A DNA stretch of 64,000 nucleotides, from assembly GCF_013315695.1 (NCBI RefSeq), contig NZ_CP054353.1, one strand, 5' to 3'. The notes beneath the pieces were generated by a model, which was not told the origin of the DNA, searched no databases, and saw nothing but the letters and a program-made list of their open reading frames with translations. How positions within the stretch are numbered: position 1 is the first letter of the stretch; each line of letters starts with the position of its first letter. The DNA comes from Escherichia coli (GTDB lineage Bacteria > Pseudomonadota > Gammaproteobacteria > Enterobacterales > Enterobacteriaceae). The translations under genes were made by a program, and so were the position numbers. Below are positions 1 to 16,778 of the stretch, one piece after another.

Positions 1-204
1 ATGATTGAATCAGGCGAGCAATATACGCATGCCAGTCTGGAAGCAGCAATTAAAGCGCGTTTTGGTGAACAGGCACGTTTTCACACCTGCTCGGCAGAAG
101 GGATGACTGCGGGAGAGTTGGTGGCGTTTCTGGCAGCAAAAGGCAAATTTATACCTTCAGAAGAAGGTTTTTCAACCGATCAGAGTAAGATTTGCCGTCA
201 CTGA
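1..204 (+). CDS. yecH: YecH-like small protein, 5' end cut by window edge
   Basis: Open frame from window start to TGA at 202-204; tail ...FIPSEEGFSTDQSKICRH; position next to ftnA matches K-12 synteny. Confidence 0.7.
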   Translation: MIESGEQYTHASLEAAIKARFGEQARFHTCSAEGMTAGELVAFLAAKGKFIPSEEGFSTDQSKICRH

Positions 205-241
205 TTTGAAACGGCGGCAGAAAACCTGCCGCCGGAGAGCA

Positions 242-739
242 TTAGTTTTGTGTGTCGAGGGTAGAGAGTTCTTTGTCGATAAAATACAGACCTTCGCCGC
301 TTTTGCCTGCAAGGCTTAATTTATCAATAATCGATTTGAACAGTTTCTCTTCTTCATGCTGCTCAGAAACATACCATTGCAGGAAATTAAATGTTGGGTA
401 GTCCTGATTGGTCATTGCAGCATGAGCCAGTTCGTTAATTTTCTGCGTGATTAATTGTTCGTGTTTATAGGTTTCCTGGAATAATTCATCAAGTGAGGAA
501 TATTCAGCAAACGGAGATTCAACGGTATTAATACGCGGTAAGTTGCCGGTATCAGTCAGGTAATCAAACAGACGCTGCATATGCGTCATCTCTTCCTGGG
601 CGTGACGGCGCAGGAACGCGGCAGCACCTTCGAAGGTATGATAGCTGCACCAGGCGCTCATTTGCTGATAAAGCAGTGAAGAGTACAGTTCCAGGTTCAT
701 CTGCTCATTAAGTTTTTCAATCATTTCTGGTTTCAGCAT
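242..739 (-). CDS. ftnA: ferritin FtnA
   Basis: 165-aa product [21 protein letters not shown]... recognised as E. coli ferritin; track ORF 242-754 extends 5 codons upstream of the likely ATG. Confidence 0.93.
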
Positions 740-910
740 GATAGTGCTCCACAAAGGTTATATTTGTTGCTGTAGCGTCACTATAATTTGTTATTTTATT
801 ATTTGCAAAAGGTAAAATATAAATATCATTTATTAAAAATACGAATGGGAATAAAACGCATTACCGCTATTTATTTAATCAGCGAAGATCCCCCTCGCTG
901 ATTAAAACGT

Positions 911-1234
911 TTAGAGAAAGACAGGGAAGGCGGAATGATGGCACTGATATGACAAAGTGAATTCCGTATTCAAACATAAGGAACCCGCAAAGAGGCTACA
1001 GTTGCCTACTGGCTGACCAAAGGGGATAGCGTGGGTATAGCCTGCCTGCTGGCATGCGCGATCGGCGATCCCGCGACTGACATAACGATCGGTACTGGCA
1101 TGCTGCAAAAAAGCCTGATCATAAACCAACCGAACAATACCTGTTGCCGCGTCAACTTCGCTCACATGGGCCTGGCGAGTAACCGTACATCCTGTCAGCG
1201 TTATTAAGGAAAGAGTCAGAATCAGAAGTCTCAT
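911..1234 (-). CDS. yecR: lipoprotein YecR
   Basis: 107 aa; N-terminal signal peptide with lipobox LTGC. Confidence 0.85.
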   Translation of the reverse strand: MRLLILTLSLITLTGCTVTRQAHVSEVDAATGIVRLVYDQAFLQHASTDRYVSRGIADRACQQAGYTHAIPFGQPVGNCSLFAGSLCLNTEFTLSYQCHHSAFPVFL

Positions 1235-1497
1235 GGTCCAGCCAGAAGAGTAAAAGAAAGCAGTATTTTACGCGTTACAGCGCTGCGACAATGGCCGGAA
1301 AAGACGCCTGGCAGGCGCTATTTCTTGCCATCTGTATGTGTTAGAAATTGGGGGGGCTGCTTTTTGATTATCATTTTTATAACATTAAAGGGGTATTTAT
1401 GTGATTTACATCACATAAAGATTGATTTTTGTGATGGTTGTCATATTATAAACGTAAAGACAATAACACCTGTATAACAAATGGTCGGAGTACCGCG

Positions 1498-1584
1498 ATG
1501 AAACTGCGCAAGATCCTGAAAAGTATGTTCAATAACTATTGCAAGACGTTCAAAGACGTACCGCCAGGCAATATGTTCCGATAA
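1498..1584 (+). CDS. azuC: 28-aa small protein AzuC
   Basis: ATG 1498 to TAA 1582-1584 encodes MKLRKILKSMFNNYCKTFKDVPPGNMFR; too short for the ORF track; followed directly by a terminator. Confidence 0.75.
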   Translation: MKLRKILKSMFNNYCKTFKDVPPGNMFR

Positions 1585-1585
1585 C

Positions 1586-1612
1586 AAAAAACCTGCTCCG
1601 GCAGGTTTTTTT
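1586..1612 (+). terminator. rho-independent terminator of azuC
   Basis: Stem acctgc / gcaggt (1591-1606) followed by T7 run. Confidence 0.7.
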
Positions 1613-1698
1613 GTGTTCTGATGACGGTGGATGTGACTATCGCTGAAGATGTGAAGCCGCTACTATAACGGCTTTCAAAATGCTATCAGGAGTTTACG

Positions 1699-1950
1699 AT
1701 GTCCCAGCCGCTGAATGCCGATCAGGAACTGGTTTCTGATGTGGTTGCTTGCCAGTTGGTTATCAAACAAATTCTGGATGTTCTCGATGTGATCGCGCCC
1801 GTTGAAGTTCGCGAAAAAATGTCCAGCCAGCTGAAGAATATCGACTTTACTAACCATCCCGCCGCCGCAGACCCGGTCACCATGCGGGCAATCCAAAAAG
1901 CCATCGCGTTGATTGAACTCAAGTTTACCCCACAGGGCGAATCCCATTAA
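1699..1950 (+). CDS. yecJ: YecJ, DUF2766 protein
   Basis: 83 aa [21 protein letters not shown]... Confidence 0.85.
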
Positions 1951-1984
1951 AAAACCGCTGCTTCAAAAAAATGAGGCAGCGGTT
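1948..1984 (-). terminator. rho-independent terminator of ftnB
   Basis: Hairpin aaccgctgcttca / tgaggcagcggtt (1953-1984); on the minus strand it is followed by a U-tract (A-run 1949-1954 on plus). Confidence 0.55.
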
Positions 1985-2027
1985 TCTCAAAAACTTCATC
2001 GGCGCAATGCATTAGCGCCGATGATGA

Positions 2028-2531
2028 TCAATGTAGCTGATGCGACACGACATTCAGAACATGTTGGTCGGTCTGCACAGGACACATACCAGCAAGTTTC
2101 GCACTGCGCACTTCATCAAGAATGGTTTGCAGTAACAGGCCATCATGCTGCTGTTCTTTTTCCAGATCGCGCAGGAAATTGACGGTTGAATCATCATTCA
2201 GTTCTTTCGCTTCATCGGCTAACTGCGCCAGCGTGCTTGAACGTTGCTCGTATTCTTCCATCGTTTTTTGGAACAGTTCTTCCAGAGAGTTCAGTTTTTC
2301 ACCGGGAACATCAATGGCTTTAACGATGGGGGTAGCGCCGACACTCTTCATAAAGTTAAACATGCGCATCATTTGGGTCACATTACTCTGTGCCTGGGCG
2401 CGAAGGAAAGTGGCGGTGCCGTTCAGACTCTGTTCAGAACACCAGTTACTCAGGTGAAGGTAGAGATTGGATGCGTAAAACTCGCGGTTCATTTGAGAGT
2501 TGAGTTTGAGAAGCATTCCAGCGGTTGCCAT
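2028..2531 (-). CDS. ftnB: ferritin-like protein FtnB
   Basis: 167 aa [30 protein letters not shown]... Confidence 0.9.
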   Translation of the reverse strand: MATAGMLLKLNSQMNREFYASNLYLHLSNWCSEQSLNGTATFLRAQAQSNVTQMMRMFNFMKSVGATPIVKAIDVPGEKLNSLEELFQKTMEEYEQRSSTLAQLADEAKELNDDSTVNFLRDLEKEQQHDGLLLQTILDEVRSAKLAGMCPVQTDQHVLNVVSHQLH

Positions 2532-3327
2532 ACCTAATATCCTTATATCCAGAAGTGGAGAGGTGCAAGATAAATCAAAACACCATAATTACTGTTTGCA
2601 GAATAATTCCTTTCTGCCGGTCCGAAATGTGATCGTGGAGTCAATTCTGACGATGATCTGAAATAAGAATAACGTCTGAACGGGTATAAGAAAATGCTTA
2701 AATCATCAAGTTTATATATTTTTACATTTCATTGATGAAATCAATGTAACTGTAATGAATTTTAATGATGGTGCTTTTTGTATCTTGTTGATATTAATCG
2801 ATGAATTTGAATTCATGATGAAGCAATGATTTTATAAAACGTTTTTTCATTTTTGCGATATAGCTCTCATTATACGTGTTCTGTTAATTAATGAGTACAG
2901 TGATAATTAATGGCGAAATGAATGACGCGCATTTTCCACATCTTTAAGTTGCGGTTATTACACCATTGCAAAAACTCAACGCCAGGTAATGAGGCCTATT
3001 GACTGGTTAAAAAGAAGACATCCCGCATGGGTACCAAAGACAACAAGGACTTCCAGGCTAATCTTATGGATTATTCTGCTGTGCACTCGATAATTTGTCT
3101 GACAAATTCGCTTTTCCTTATGTCTTTTCCCGCTAAATTTATGCACGTTCTCACTGTAATTCTGCGATGTGATATTGCTCTCCTATGGAGAATTAATTTC
3201 TCGCTAAAACTATGTCAACACAGTCACTTATCTTTTAGTTAAAAGGTAATGCTTTGTTTTCCGATTAATTTAACGAATGTCATTCGTTTTTGCCCTACAC
3301 AAAACGACACTAAAGCTGGAGAGAACC
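2532..3327 (+). promoter_or_regulatory. ftnB-araF intergenic region carrying the araFGH promoter (sites not resolved)
   Basis: About 800 bp AT-rich non-coding DNA upstream of araF; individual AraC/CRP sites not confidently located by eye. Confidence 0.35.
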
Positions 3328-4317
3328 ATGCACAAATTTACTAAAGCCCTGGCAGCCATTGGTCTAGCAGCCGTTATGTCACAATCCGCTATGGCGGAGA
3401 ACCTGAAGCTCGGTTTCCTGGTGAAGCAACCGGAAGAGCCGTGGTTCCAGACCGAATGGAAGTTTGCCGATAAAGCCGGGAAGGATTTAGGGTTTGAAGT
3501 TATTAAGATTGCCGTGCCGGATGGCGAAAAAACATTGAACGCTATCGACAGCCTGGCTGCCAGTGGCGCGAAAGGTTTCGTTATTTGTACTCCGGACCCG
3601 AAACTCGGCTCTGCCATCGTGGCGAAAGCGCGTGGCTACGATATGAAAGTCATTGCCGTGGATGACCAGTTTGTTAACGCCAAAGGTAAGCCAATGGATA
3701 CCGTTCCGCTGGTGATGATGGCTGCGACCAAAATTGGCGAACGTCAGGGCCAGGAACTGTATAAAGAGATGCAGAAACGTGGCTGGGATGTCAAAGAAAG
3801 CGCGGTGATGGCGATTACCTCCAACGAACTGGATACGGCTCGTCGCCGTACTACGGGGTCTATGGATGCGCTGAAAGCTGCAGGATTCCCGGAAAAACAA
3901 ATTTATCAGGTACCTACCAAATCTAACGACATCCCGGGGGCATTTGACGCTGCCAACTCAATGCTGGTTCAACATCCGGAAGTTAAACATTGGCTGATTG
4001 TCGGTATGAACGACAGCACCGTGCTGGGCGGCGTACGCGCGACGGAAGGTCAGGGCTTTAAAGCGAGCGATATCATCGGTATCGGTATTAACGGTGTGGA
4101 TGCGGTGAGTGAACTGTCTAAGGCACAGGCAACCGGCTTCTACGGTTCCCTGCTGCCAAGCCCGGACGTACATGGTTATAAGTCCAGCGAAATGCTTTAC
4201 AACTGGGTTGCAAAAGGTGTTGAACCGACCAAATTCACCGAAGTTACCGACGTGGTGCTGATCACGCGTGACAACTTTAAAGAAGAACTGGAGAAAAAAG
4301 GTTTAGGCGGTAAGTAA
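3328..4317 (+). CDS. araF: L-arabinose ABC transporter periplasmic binding protein
   Basis: 329 aa from ATG 3328, MHKFTKALAAIGLAAVMSQSAMA signal peptide; track ORF starts 17 codons upstream. Confidence 0.95.
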   Translation: MHKFTKALAAIGLAAVMSQSAMAENLKLGFLVKQPEEPWFQTEWKFADKAGKDLGFEVIKIAVPDGEKTLNAIDSLAASGAKGFVICTPDPKLGSAIVAKARGYDMKVIAVDDQFVNAKGKPMDTVPLVMMAATKIGERQGQELYKEMQKRGWDVKESAVMAITSNELDTARRRTTGSMDALKAAGFPEKQIYQVPTKSNDIPGAFDAANSMLVQHPEVKHWLIVGMNDSTVLGGVRATEGQGFKASDIIGIGINGVDAVSELSKAQATGFYGSLLPSPDVHGYKSSEMLYNWVAKGVEPTKFTEVTDVVLITRDNFKEELEKKGLGGK

Positions 4318-4386
4318 TTTGCCGGAAAAATTCCCCTCTGCATGATGCAGAGGGGGTGTGAACGACCAGTGATTCACGGAGACGTT

Positions 4387-5901
4387 ATGCAACAGTCTAC
4401 CCCGTATCTCTCATTTCGCGGCATCGGTAAAACGTTTCCCGGCGTTAAGGCGCTGACGGATATTAGTTTTGACTGCTATGCCGGTCAGGTTCATGCGTTG
4501 ATGGGTGAAAATGGCGCAGGAAAATCAACTCTCTTAAAAATCCTCAGCGGAAACTATGCGCCAACCACGGGTTCTGTAGTGATTAATGGGCAGGAAATGT
4601 CCTTTTCCGACACGACCGCAGCACTTAACGCGGGGGTGGCGATTATTTACCAGGAACTGCATCTCGTGCCGGAAATGACCGTCGCGGAAAACATCTATCT
4701 CGGCCAGCTGCCGCATAAAGGCGGCATTGTGAATCGTTCATTGCTGAATTATGAGGCAGGTTTACAAATTAAACATCTTGGTATGGATATTGACCCGGAC
4801 ACGCCGCTGAAATATCTCTCCATTGGTCAGTGGCAGATGGTTGAAATCGCCAAAGCGCTGGCGCGTAACGCCAAAATTATCGCCTTTGATGAGCCAACCA
4901 GCTCCCTCTCTGCCCGCGAAATCGACAATCTTTTCCGCGTTATTCGTGAACTGCGAAAAGAGGGGCGGGTGATCTTATACGTTTCTCACCGTATGGAAGA
5001 AATATTTGCCCTCAGCGATGCCATCACCGTCTTTAAAGATGGGCGTTATGTCAAAACCTTTACCGATATGCAGCAGGTTGACCACGACGCACTGGTGCAG
5101 GCGATGGTCGGGCGAGACATTGGCGATATCTACGGCTGGCAACCGCGTAGTTATGGCGAGGAGCGGCTGCGTCTTGATGCTGTGAAAGCACCAGGCGTGC
5201 GTACGCCAATAAGTCTGGCGGTTCGCAGTGGAGAAATTGTCGGTCTGTTTGGTCTGGTCGGGGCAGGGCGTAGCGAATTAATGAAAGGCATGTTTGGCGG
5301 GACGCAAATCACCGCCGGTCAGGTTTATATCGACCAACAGCCGATCGATATTCGTAAACCGAGCCACGCCATTGCCGCAGGCATGATGCTCTGCCCGGAA
5401 GATCGCAAAGCGGAAGGCATTATTCCCGTGCACTCCGTTCGCGACAATATCAACATCAGTGCCAGACGCAAACATGTGCTCGGCGGTTGTGTAATCAACA
5501 ACGGTTGGGAAGAAAACAATGCCGATCACCACATTCGTTCGCTCAACATCAAAACGCCGGGCGCTGAGCAACTGATCATGAATCTCTCAGGCGGAAATCA
5601 GCAAAAAGCTATTCTGGGCCGCTGGTTATCGGAAGAGATGAAGGTCATTTTGCTGGATGAACCTACGCGTGGCATTGATGTTGGTGCTAAGCATGAAATT
5701 TACAACGTGATTTATGCGCTGGCGGCGCAGGGTGTGGCGGTGCTGTTTGCCTCCAGCGACTTACCTGAAGTCCTCGGCGTTGCCGACCGGATTGTGGTGA
5801 TGCGGGAAGGCGAAATCGCCGGTGAATTGTTACACGAGCAGGCAGATGAGCGTCAGGCACTGAGCCTTGCGATGCCTAAAGTCAGCCAGGCAGTTGCCTG
5901 A
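4387..5901 (+). CDS. araG: L-arabinose ABC transporter ATP-binding protein
   Basis: 504 aa [17 protein letters not shown]...; two Walker A motifs ([17 protein letters not shown]). Confidence 0.95.
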   Translation: MQQSTPYLSFRGIGKTFPGVKALTDISFDCYAGQVHALMGENGAGKSTLLKILSGNYAPTTGSVVINGQEMSFSDTTAALNAGVAIIYQELHLVPEMTVAENIYLGQLPHKGGIVNRSLLNYEAGLQIKHLGMDIDPDTPLKYLSIGQWQMVEIAKALARNAKIIAFDEPTSSLSAREIDNLFRVIRELRKEGRVILYVSHRMEEIFALSDAITVFKDGRYVKTFTDMQQVDHDALVQAMVGRDIGDIYGWQPRSYGEERLRLDAVKAPGVRTPISLAVRSGEIVGLFGLVGAGRSELMKGMFGGTQITAGQVYIDQQPIDIRKPSHAIAAGMMLCPEDRKAEGIIPVHSVRDNINISARRKHVLGGCVINNGWEENNADHHIRSLNIKTPGAEQLIMNLSGGNQQKAILGRWLSEEMKVILLDEPTRGIDVGAKHEIYNVIYALAAQGVAVLFASSDLPEVLGVADRIVVMREGEIAGELLHEQADERQALSLAMPKVSQAVA

Positions 5902-5915
5902 GTAAGGAGAGTATG

Positions 5916-9268
<3,353 letters not shown>

Positions 9269-9274
9269 GTGCGG

Positions 9275-9703
9275 TTAATCTCCCGTAAGTGGAACTAACA
9301 GCACATCGACCTCACTTGAGGTAATCACTCTTTTCGCCGAGCAGGATGCTCGCGAAAAGAAACTGTGATTGTGATTACCGCAAATCACCAAATCGAAATG
9401 ATGTTTGCGACAAACTTCCAGAATATGTTCGCTTAACTCACCGTAGGCAATAAACGTCTTGTCAACGGGATACCCCGCATCCTGAATTAACTTATCAAGA
9501 AAGCTTTGCGTTTCTTCCTGCATCACATTGCGTAAATCTTCAAGCATCGGCGCAGCTAATTGATTGTACATTTCCGGGTCGGAAGCGAGAGTAATTAAAC
9601 TGATGTGTCCCTTTACTGGCCTGGCGATAGATACCGCTTTTGCCAGCAGTTGCTGACTTTCCGGTGTAACCGCAACGGCGACAAGAATATTGCTATAGCT
9701 CAT
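9275..9703 (-). CDS. uspC: universal stress protein C
   Basis: 142 aa MSYSNILVAVAVTPESQ... Confidence 0.9.
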   Translation of the reverse strand: MSYSNILVAVAVTPESQQLLAKAVSIARPVKGHISLITLASDPEMYNQLAAPMLEDLRNVMQEETQSFLDKLIQDAGYPVDKTFIAYGELSEHILEVCRKHHFDLVICGNHNHSFFSRASCSAKRVITSSEVDVLLVPLTGD

Positions 9704-10482
9704 AACCTGTTCCTTATTCTGTGAACTTCAGGTGACATTAAAGCTTTACTCCTAATGGAGAAACGACGCAATCCCAACTCAGTTAAACAGGTAAATATTA
9801 GTCTGGTCATTAGTAAATACAATTAATTAATTGCTCTTGGTTATCATATGATTTCAACTGTATTTATAAGAAAATAATGTACTGATTTCCCATATTGAAC
9901 AAGTGGTTAATATATGTAAAACATTTTATTAATATTAGGTTGATTGTTGCCTTTCTTTGTAGTTAATTAGTTTGTTGTGCGGTAAGTGTTTGTTTAAAAA
10001 TGGCTTATCTGGTATTGCATTAAAGCGATTATTTATAGCAGATGATTATTTACGGTGAGTTATTTTAACTGTGCGCAACATCCCATTTCGATTATTCCTG
10101 TTTCATTTTTGCTTGCCAGTGTAGCGAAAAATTTTTTAACAGATTGAAATACACCCAAAACAAAAGTATGACTTATACATTTATGTTAAGTAATTGAGCG
10201 TTTTGCGTGATCTGCATCACACATTATTGAAAATCGCAGCCCCCCTCCGTTGTATGTGCGTGTAGTGACGAGTACAGTTGCGTCGATTTAGGAAAAATCT
10301 TAGATAAGTGTAAAGACTCCCTTCTATTTGTAAGGACTTATTAAACCAAAAAGGTGGGTCTGCTTATTGCAGCTTATCGCAACTATTCTAATGCTAATTA
10401 TTTTTTACCGGGGCTTCCCGGCGACATCACGGGGTGCGGTGTGACCGCATAAAAATAAAGTTGGTTATTCTGGGTGGGAATA
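9704..10482 (+). promoter_or_regulatory. flhDC upstream regulatory region, about 780 bp, no IS element present
   Basis: Long AT-rich leader/promoter region upstream of flhD; no IS1/IS5-like ORFs or terminal repeats. Confidence 0.5.
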
Positions 10483-10833
10483 ATGCATACCTCCGAGTTG
10501 CTGAAACACATTTATGACATCAACTTGTCATATTTACTACTTGCACAGCGTCTGATTGTTCAGGACAAAGCGTCCGCTATGTTTCGTCTCGGCATAAATG
10601 AAGAAATGGCGACAACGTTAGCGGCACTGACTCTTCCGCAAATGGTTAAGCTGGCAGAAACCAATCAACTGGTTTGTCACTTCCGTTTTGACAGCCACCA
10701 GACGATTACTCAGTTGACGCAAGATTCCCGCGTTGACGATCTCCAGCAAATTCATACCGGCATCATGCTCTCAACACGCTTGCTGAATGATGTTAATCAG
10801 CCTGAAGAAGCGCTGCGCAAGAAAAGGGCCTGA
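10483..10833 (+). CDS. flhD: flagellar master regulator FlhD
   Basis: 116 aa from ATG 10483 ([24 protein letters not shown]...); track ORF starts at GTG 10474. Confidence 0.93.
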
Positions 10834-10835
10834 TC

Positions 10836-11414
10836 ATGAGTGAAAAAAGCATTGTTCAGGAAGCGCGGGATATTCAGCTGGCAATGGAATTGATCACCCT
10901 GGGCGCTCGTTTGCAGATGCTAGAAAGCGAAACACAGTTAAGTCGCGGACGTCTGATAAAACTCTATAAAGAACTGCGCGGAAGCCCACCGCCGAAAGGC
11001 ATGCTGCCATTCTCAACCGACTGGTTTATGACCTGGGAACAAAATGTTCATGCTTCGATGTTCTGTAATGCATGGCAGTTTTTACTGAAAACTGGCTTGT
11101 GTAATGGCGTTGATGCGGTGATCAAAGCCTACCGTTTATACCTTGAACAGTGCCCGCAAGCAGAAGAAGGACCGCTGCTGGCATTAACCCGTGCCTGGAC
11201 ATTGGTGCGGTTTGTTGAAAGTGGATTACTGCAACTTTCCAGCTGCAACTGCTGCGGCGGCAATTTTATTACCCACGCTCACCAGCCTGTTGGCAGCTTT
11301 GCCTGCAGCTTATGTCAGCCGCCATCCCGGGCAGTAAAAAGACGTAAACTTTCCCAGAATCCTGCCGATATTATCCCACAACTGCTGGATGAACAGAGAG
11401 TACAGGCTGTTTAA
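10836..11414 (+). CDS. flhC: flagellar master regulator FlhC
   Basis: 192 aa [27 protein letters not shown]...; zinc-binding Cys cluster near the C-terminus. Confidence 0.95.
11345..11371 (+). promoter_or_regulatory. sigma28 (FliA) promoter of the motAB-cheAW operon, inside the flhC 3' end
   Basis: TAAACTTT (11345-11352), 11-bp spacer, GCCGATAT (11364-11371); matches the TAAAGTTT-N11-GCCGATAA consensus. Confidence 0.7.
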
Positions 11415-11472
11415 CTGATACGGTGTGGCGAAACATTCCAGCAGCGGTAACGATGTACCGCTGCTTTTTTTT
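11379..11472 (+). ncRNA. motR: candidate MotR sRNA (motA 5' UTR-derived)
   Basis: About 94 nt between the sigma28 promoter and the intrinsic terminator at 11439-11472; coordinates approximate. Confidence 0.35.
11439..11472 (+). terminator. rho-independent terminator downstream of flhC
   Basis: Stem gcagcggta / taccgctgc followed by T8. Confidence 0.7.
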
Positions 11473-11540
11473 GCCCCTATCGCGTGTTAACGCCTGACGA
11501 CTGAACATCCTGTCATGGTCAACAGTGGAAGGATGATGTC

Positions 11541-11822
11541 GTGCTTATCTTATTAGGTTACCTGGTTGTTCTCGGTACAGTTTTCGGCGGTTATTTGATG
11601 ACCGGTGGAAGCCTTGGAGCACTCTATCAACCCGCTGAACTGGTGATTATTGCCGGTGCAGGGATTGGGTCGTTTATCGTCGGCAATAATGGCAAAGCGA
11701 TTAAAGGCACGCTGAAGGCGCTGCCGTTGCTGTTTCGTCGCTCCAAATACACCAAAGCAATGTATATGGATCTGCTGGCTCTGCTTTATCGGTTGATGGC
11801 GAAATCGCGGCAGATGGGGTAA
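11541..11822 (+). pseudogene. motA: motA 5' fragment (codons 1-93), interrupted by IS4
   Basis: GTG start, MLILLGYLVVLGTVFGGYLMTGG...AKSRQMG, then stop TAA formed by the first bases of IS4. Confidence 0.9.
11808..11819 (+). repeat. IS4 target-site duplication, left copy (cggcagatgggg)
   Basis: Identical 12-mer at 13246-13257 directly flanks the other IS4 end. Confidence 0.9.
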
Positions 11823-13245
11823 TGCCAGTCAGTTAAGCAACTGACTGGCTCTTTTTCGGGGCTGTGGGGTATTTCCAGGGCCTCTCCTTTACCACTCTCG
11901 GGAAGGCCCTTTCCCTTCTTGTCGGTAATTTCACAAGTTGTCCCATACTTGCAAGATCGCGCATCAGCTCCGGTATACGTCCCGGTGAAGCGCCCTGCAA
12001 TGTCATCAGCATTCTCATCACCATTCCGCATGATTCTGAGAAACTCAGTTGATTCGGCCAGTAACCTTTCAGATGTTCCGCCATTTTAATCATCTGATAT
12101 CTCACCAGATTATAAGCCAGTAAGACACCCCACAGCTCTTGCTCCACAAGCTCCGGTTTTTTACTTCTCAGCGTCAGCCTGCTCAGTTGCATCGTCTGTT
12201 TTATCTCCCTGTATCCCAGTTCGATTTCCCAGCGATGACTGTACAGATCCGCCATTTCTCCTCCGGGGAAGCGCATGGCGTCCGTCATCGACGTCAGCAG
12301 ATGGCAGACTTTTCCTTTGCGCGTCACGGTCAGCAGGCGGGCTGTCACTTCATTTCCCAGTCCCGGCCACTTTTTTCGTGCCTGCGGGCTGGTTTTCAGC
12401 TTCACCAGATGATCGCCTTTACCCAGTTTTCTGATCTCTTCATATTGCGCTCCCTTTCTGAGAGGTATCATCCAGTGGCGGTGTTCTCCCGCCAGGCTCC
12501 AGGCATTTAACAGTCCCAGTGAGTAATAACCTTTATCCATTAACGTCAGAGTGTTATCGCCGGTTTGTTCTATAAGTTGCTCAGCAAGCTCATTTTCGCT
12601 GTTCTTCATCGTGCCGAAGGCTGCAGCCGTCAGCAGATGGCTGGTCAGTTCCATCTGGCAGACCATTTTGACCTGCGGGTAGAGCGCCGGGTTCCCGGCA
12701 TGTGTCTGGCGGGGGAAGGCTGCATCGTTCTCTGGTGTATCCGGTGTGCGCCAGAACACACCATCGATGGCCAGCAGGGTCAGGCCGCACCAGTGCGGAT
12801 GCGGCGTGGCGTTATGCCAGAGCTGCGCTGTTTTCGTGAACACGCGGCGGACAGCCTCACTTCCCAGGCGCTGGCGGGCCTGAATAACGGCACTGGGGGC
12901 AACGAAGGGGCGATTGCCCGGCAGCATGATGTCCAGGCGATTCACAATCTGGTGAAGAGGTTCTTTACGCTCAAGCGCCATGCCAACAATACACCAGACC
13001 ATCATTTCGAGGGGAAGACGGCGCTTGCGTAGCGTTACAGTACCTGATTCGGCAAGGCAACGAGAGATGAGTTCGGGGTCGAGGTAATCCCCCAGAGAAG
13101 TCAGTGGGTTACGCAGAGAATCGTAACGGGATACCAGATCAAGAGCCTGTCCAATGTGCATAAAAAAATCCGGAAACAAGTGAGCGTTTCCGGATTCTTA
13201 CACAGCCACTGGATCGGTCAACTGATCCTTAACTGATCGGCATTA
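11820..13245 (-). mobile_element. insertion sequence IS4, complete, 1426 bp
   Basis: Imperfect terminal inverted repeats (left taatgccagtcagttaag, right-end reverse complement taatgccgatcagttaag, 16/18 match); one 442-aa transposase ORF; length equals the canonical IS4 size; flanked by 12-bp direct repeats. Confidence 0.92.
11833..13161 (-). CDS. insG: IS4 transposase InsG (DDE family)
   Basis: 442 aa from ATG 13161 ([48 protein letters not shown]...); track ORF starts at an upstream TTG (13179). Confidence 0.9.
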   Translation of the reverse strand: MHIGQALDLVSRYDSLRNPLTSLGDYLDPELISRCLAESGTVTLRKRRLPLEMMVWCIVGMALERKEPLHQIVNRLDIMLPGNRPFVAPSAVIQARQRLGSEAVRRVFTKTAQLWHNATPHPHWCGLTLLAIDGVFWRTPDTPENDAAFPRQTHAGNPALYPQVKMVCQMELTSHLLTAAAFGTMKNSENELAEQLIEQTGDNTLTLMDKGYYSLGLLNAWSLAGEHRHWMIPLRKGAQYEEIRKLGKGDHLVKLKTSPQARKKWPGLGNEVTARLLTVTRKGKVCHLLTSMTDAMRFPGGEMADLYSHRWEIELGYREIKQTMQLSRLTLRSKKPELVEQELWGVLLAYNLVRYQMIKMAEHLKGYWPNQLSFSESCGMVMRMLMTLQGASPGRIPELMRDLASMGQLVKLPTRRERAFPRVVKERPWKYPTAPKKSQSVA

Positions 13246-13257
13246 CGGCAGATGGGG
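13246..13257 (+). repeat. IS4 target-site duplication, right copy (cggcagatgggg)
   Basis: Identical to 11808-11819. Confidence 0.9.
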
Positions 13258-13862
13258 ATGTTTTCGCTGGAACGCGATATTGAAAATCCCCGTGAGAGTG
13301 AGATCTTCGCCAGCTACCCACGCATCCTTGCGGATAGCGTCATGCTTGAATTTATCGTCGATTATCTGCGCCTGATTATCAGTGGTCACATGAACACCTT
13401 CGAAATCGAAGCTCTGATGGATGAAGAGATTGAGACGCACGAAAGCGAGGCAGAAGTCCCGGCGAACAGTCTGGCGCTGGTCGGGGACTCACTTCCGGCG
13501 TTTGGTATTGTTGCGGCTGTAATGGGGGTCGTTCACGCGTTAGGTTCAGCCGATCGTCCTGCCGCCGAGCTGGGGGCGCTTATCGCTCATGCGATGGTGG
13601 GGACTTTCCTCGGTATTTTATTGGCTTACGGATTTATTTCCCCATTAGCGAGTGTTTTACGTCAGAAAAGCGCCGAAACCAGCAAAATGATGCAGTGCGT
13701 CAAAGTCACTCTGCTTTCAAATCTGAACGGTTACGCACCGCCTATCGCCGTTGAGTTTGGTCGCAAAACGCTCTATTCCAGCGAACGTCCGTCGTTTATT
13801 GAGCTGGAAGAGCATGTGCGTGCGGTGAAAAATCCGCAACAACAGACGACAACCGAGGAAGC

Positions 13863-13866
<4 letters not shown>
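13246..13866 (+). pseudogene. motA: motA 3' fragment (codons 90-295)
   Basis: In-frame continuation RQMGMFSLERDIENPRESEIF...QQQTTTEEA; stop overlaps the motB ATG. Confidence 0.9.
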
Positions 13867-16758
<2,892 letters not shown>

Positions 16759-16778
16759 ATGAGTAAAAAGGTAACAAT

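Noticed and set aside
12139-13032. Plus-strand ORFs (123 and 155 aa) inside IS4
   Set aside because: Antisense to the IS4 transposase, which accounts for the element; no independent support.
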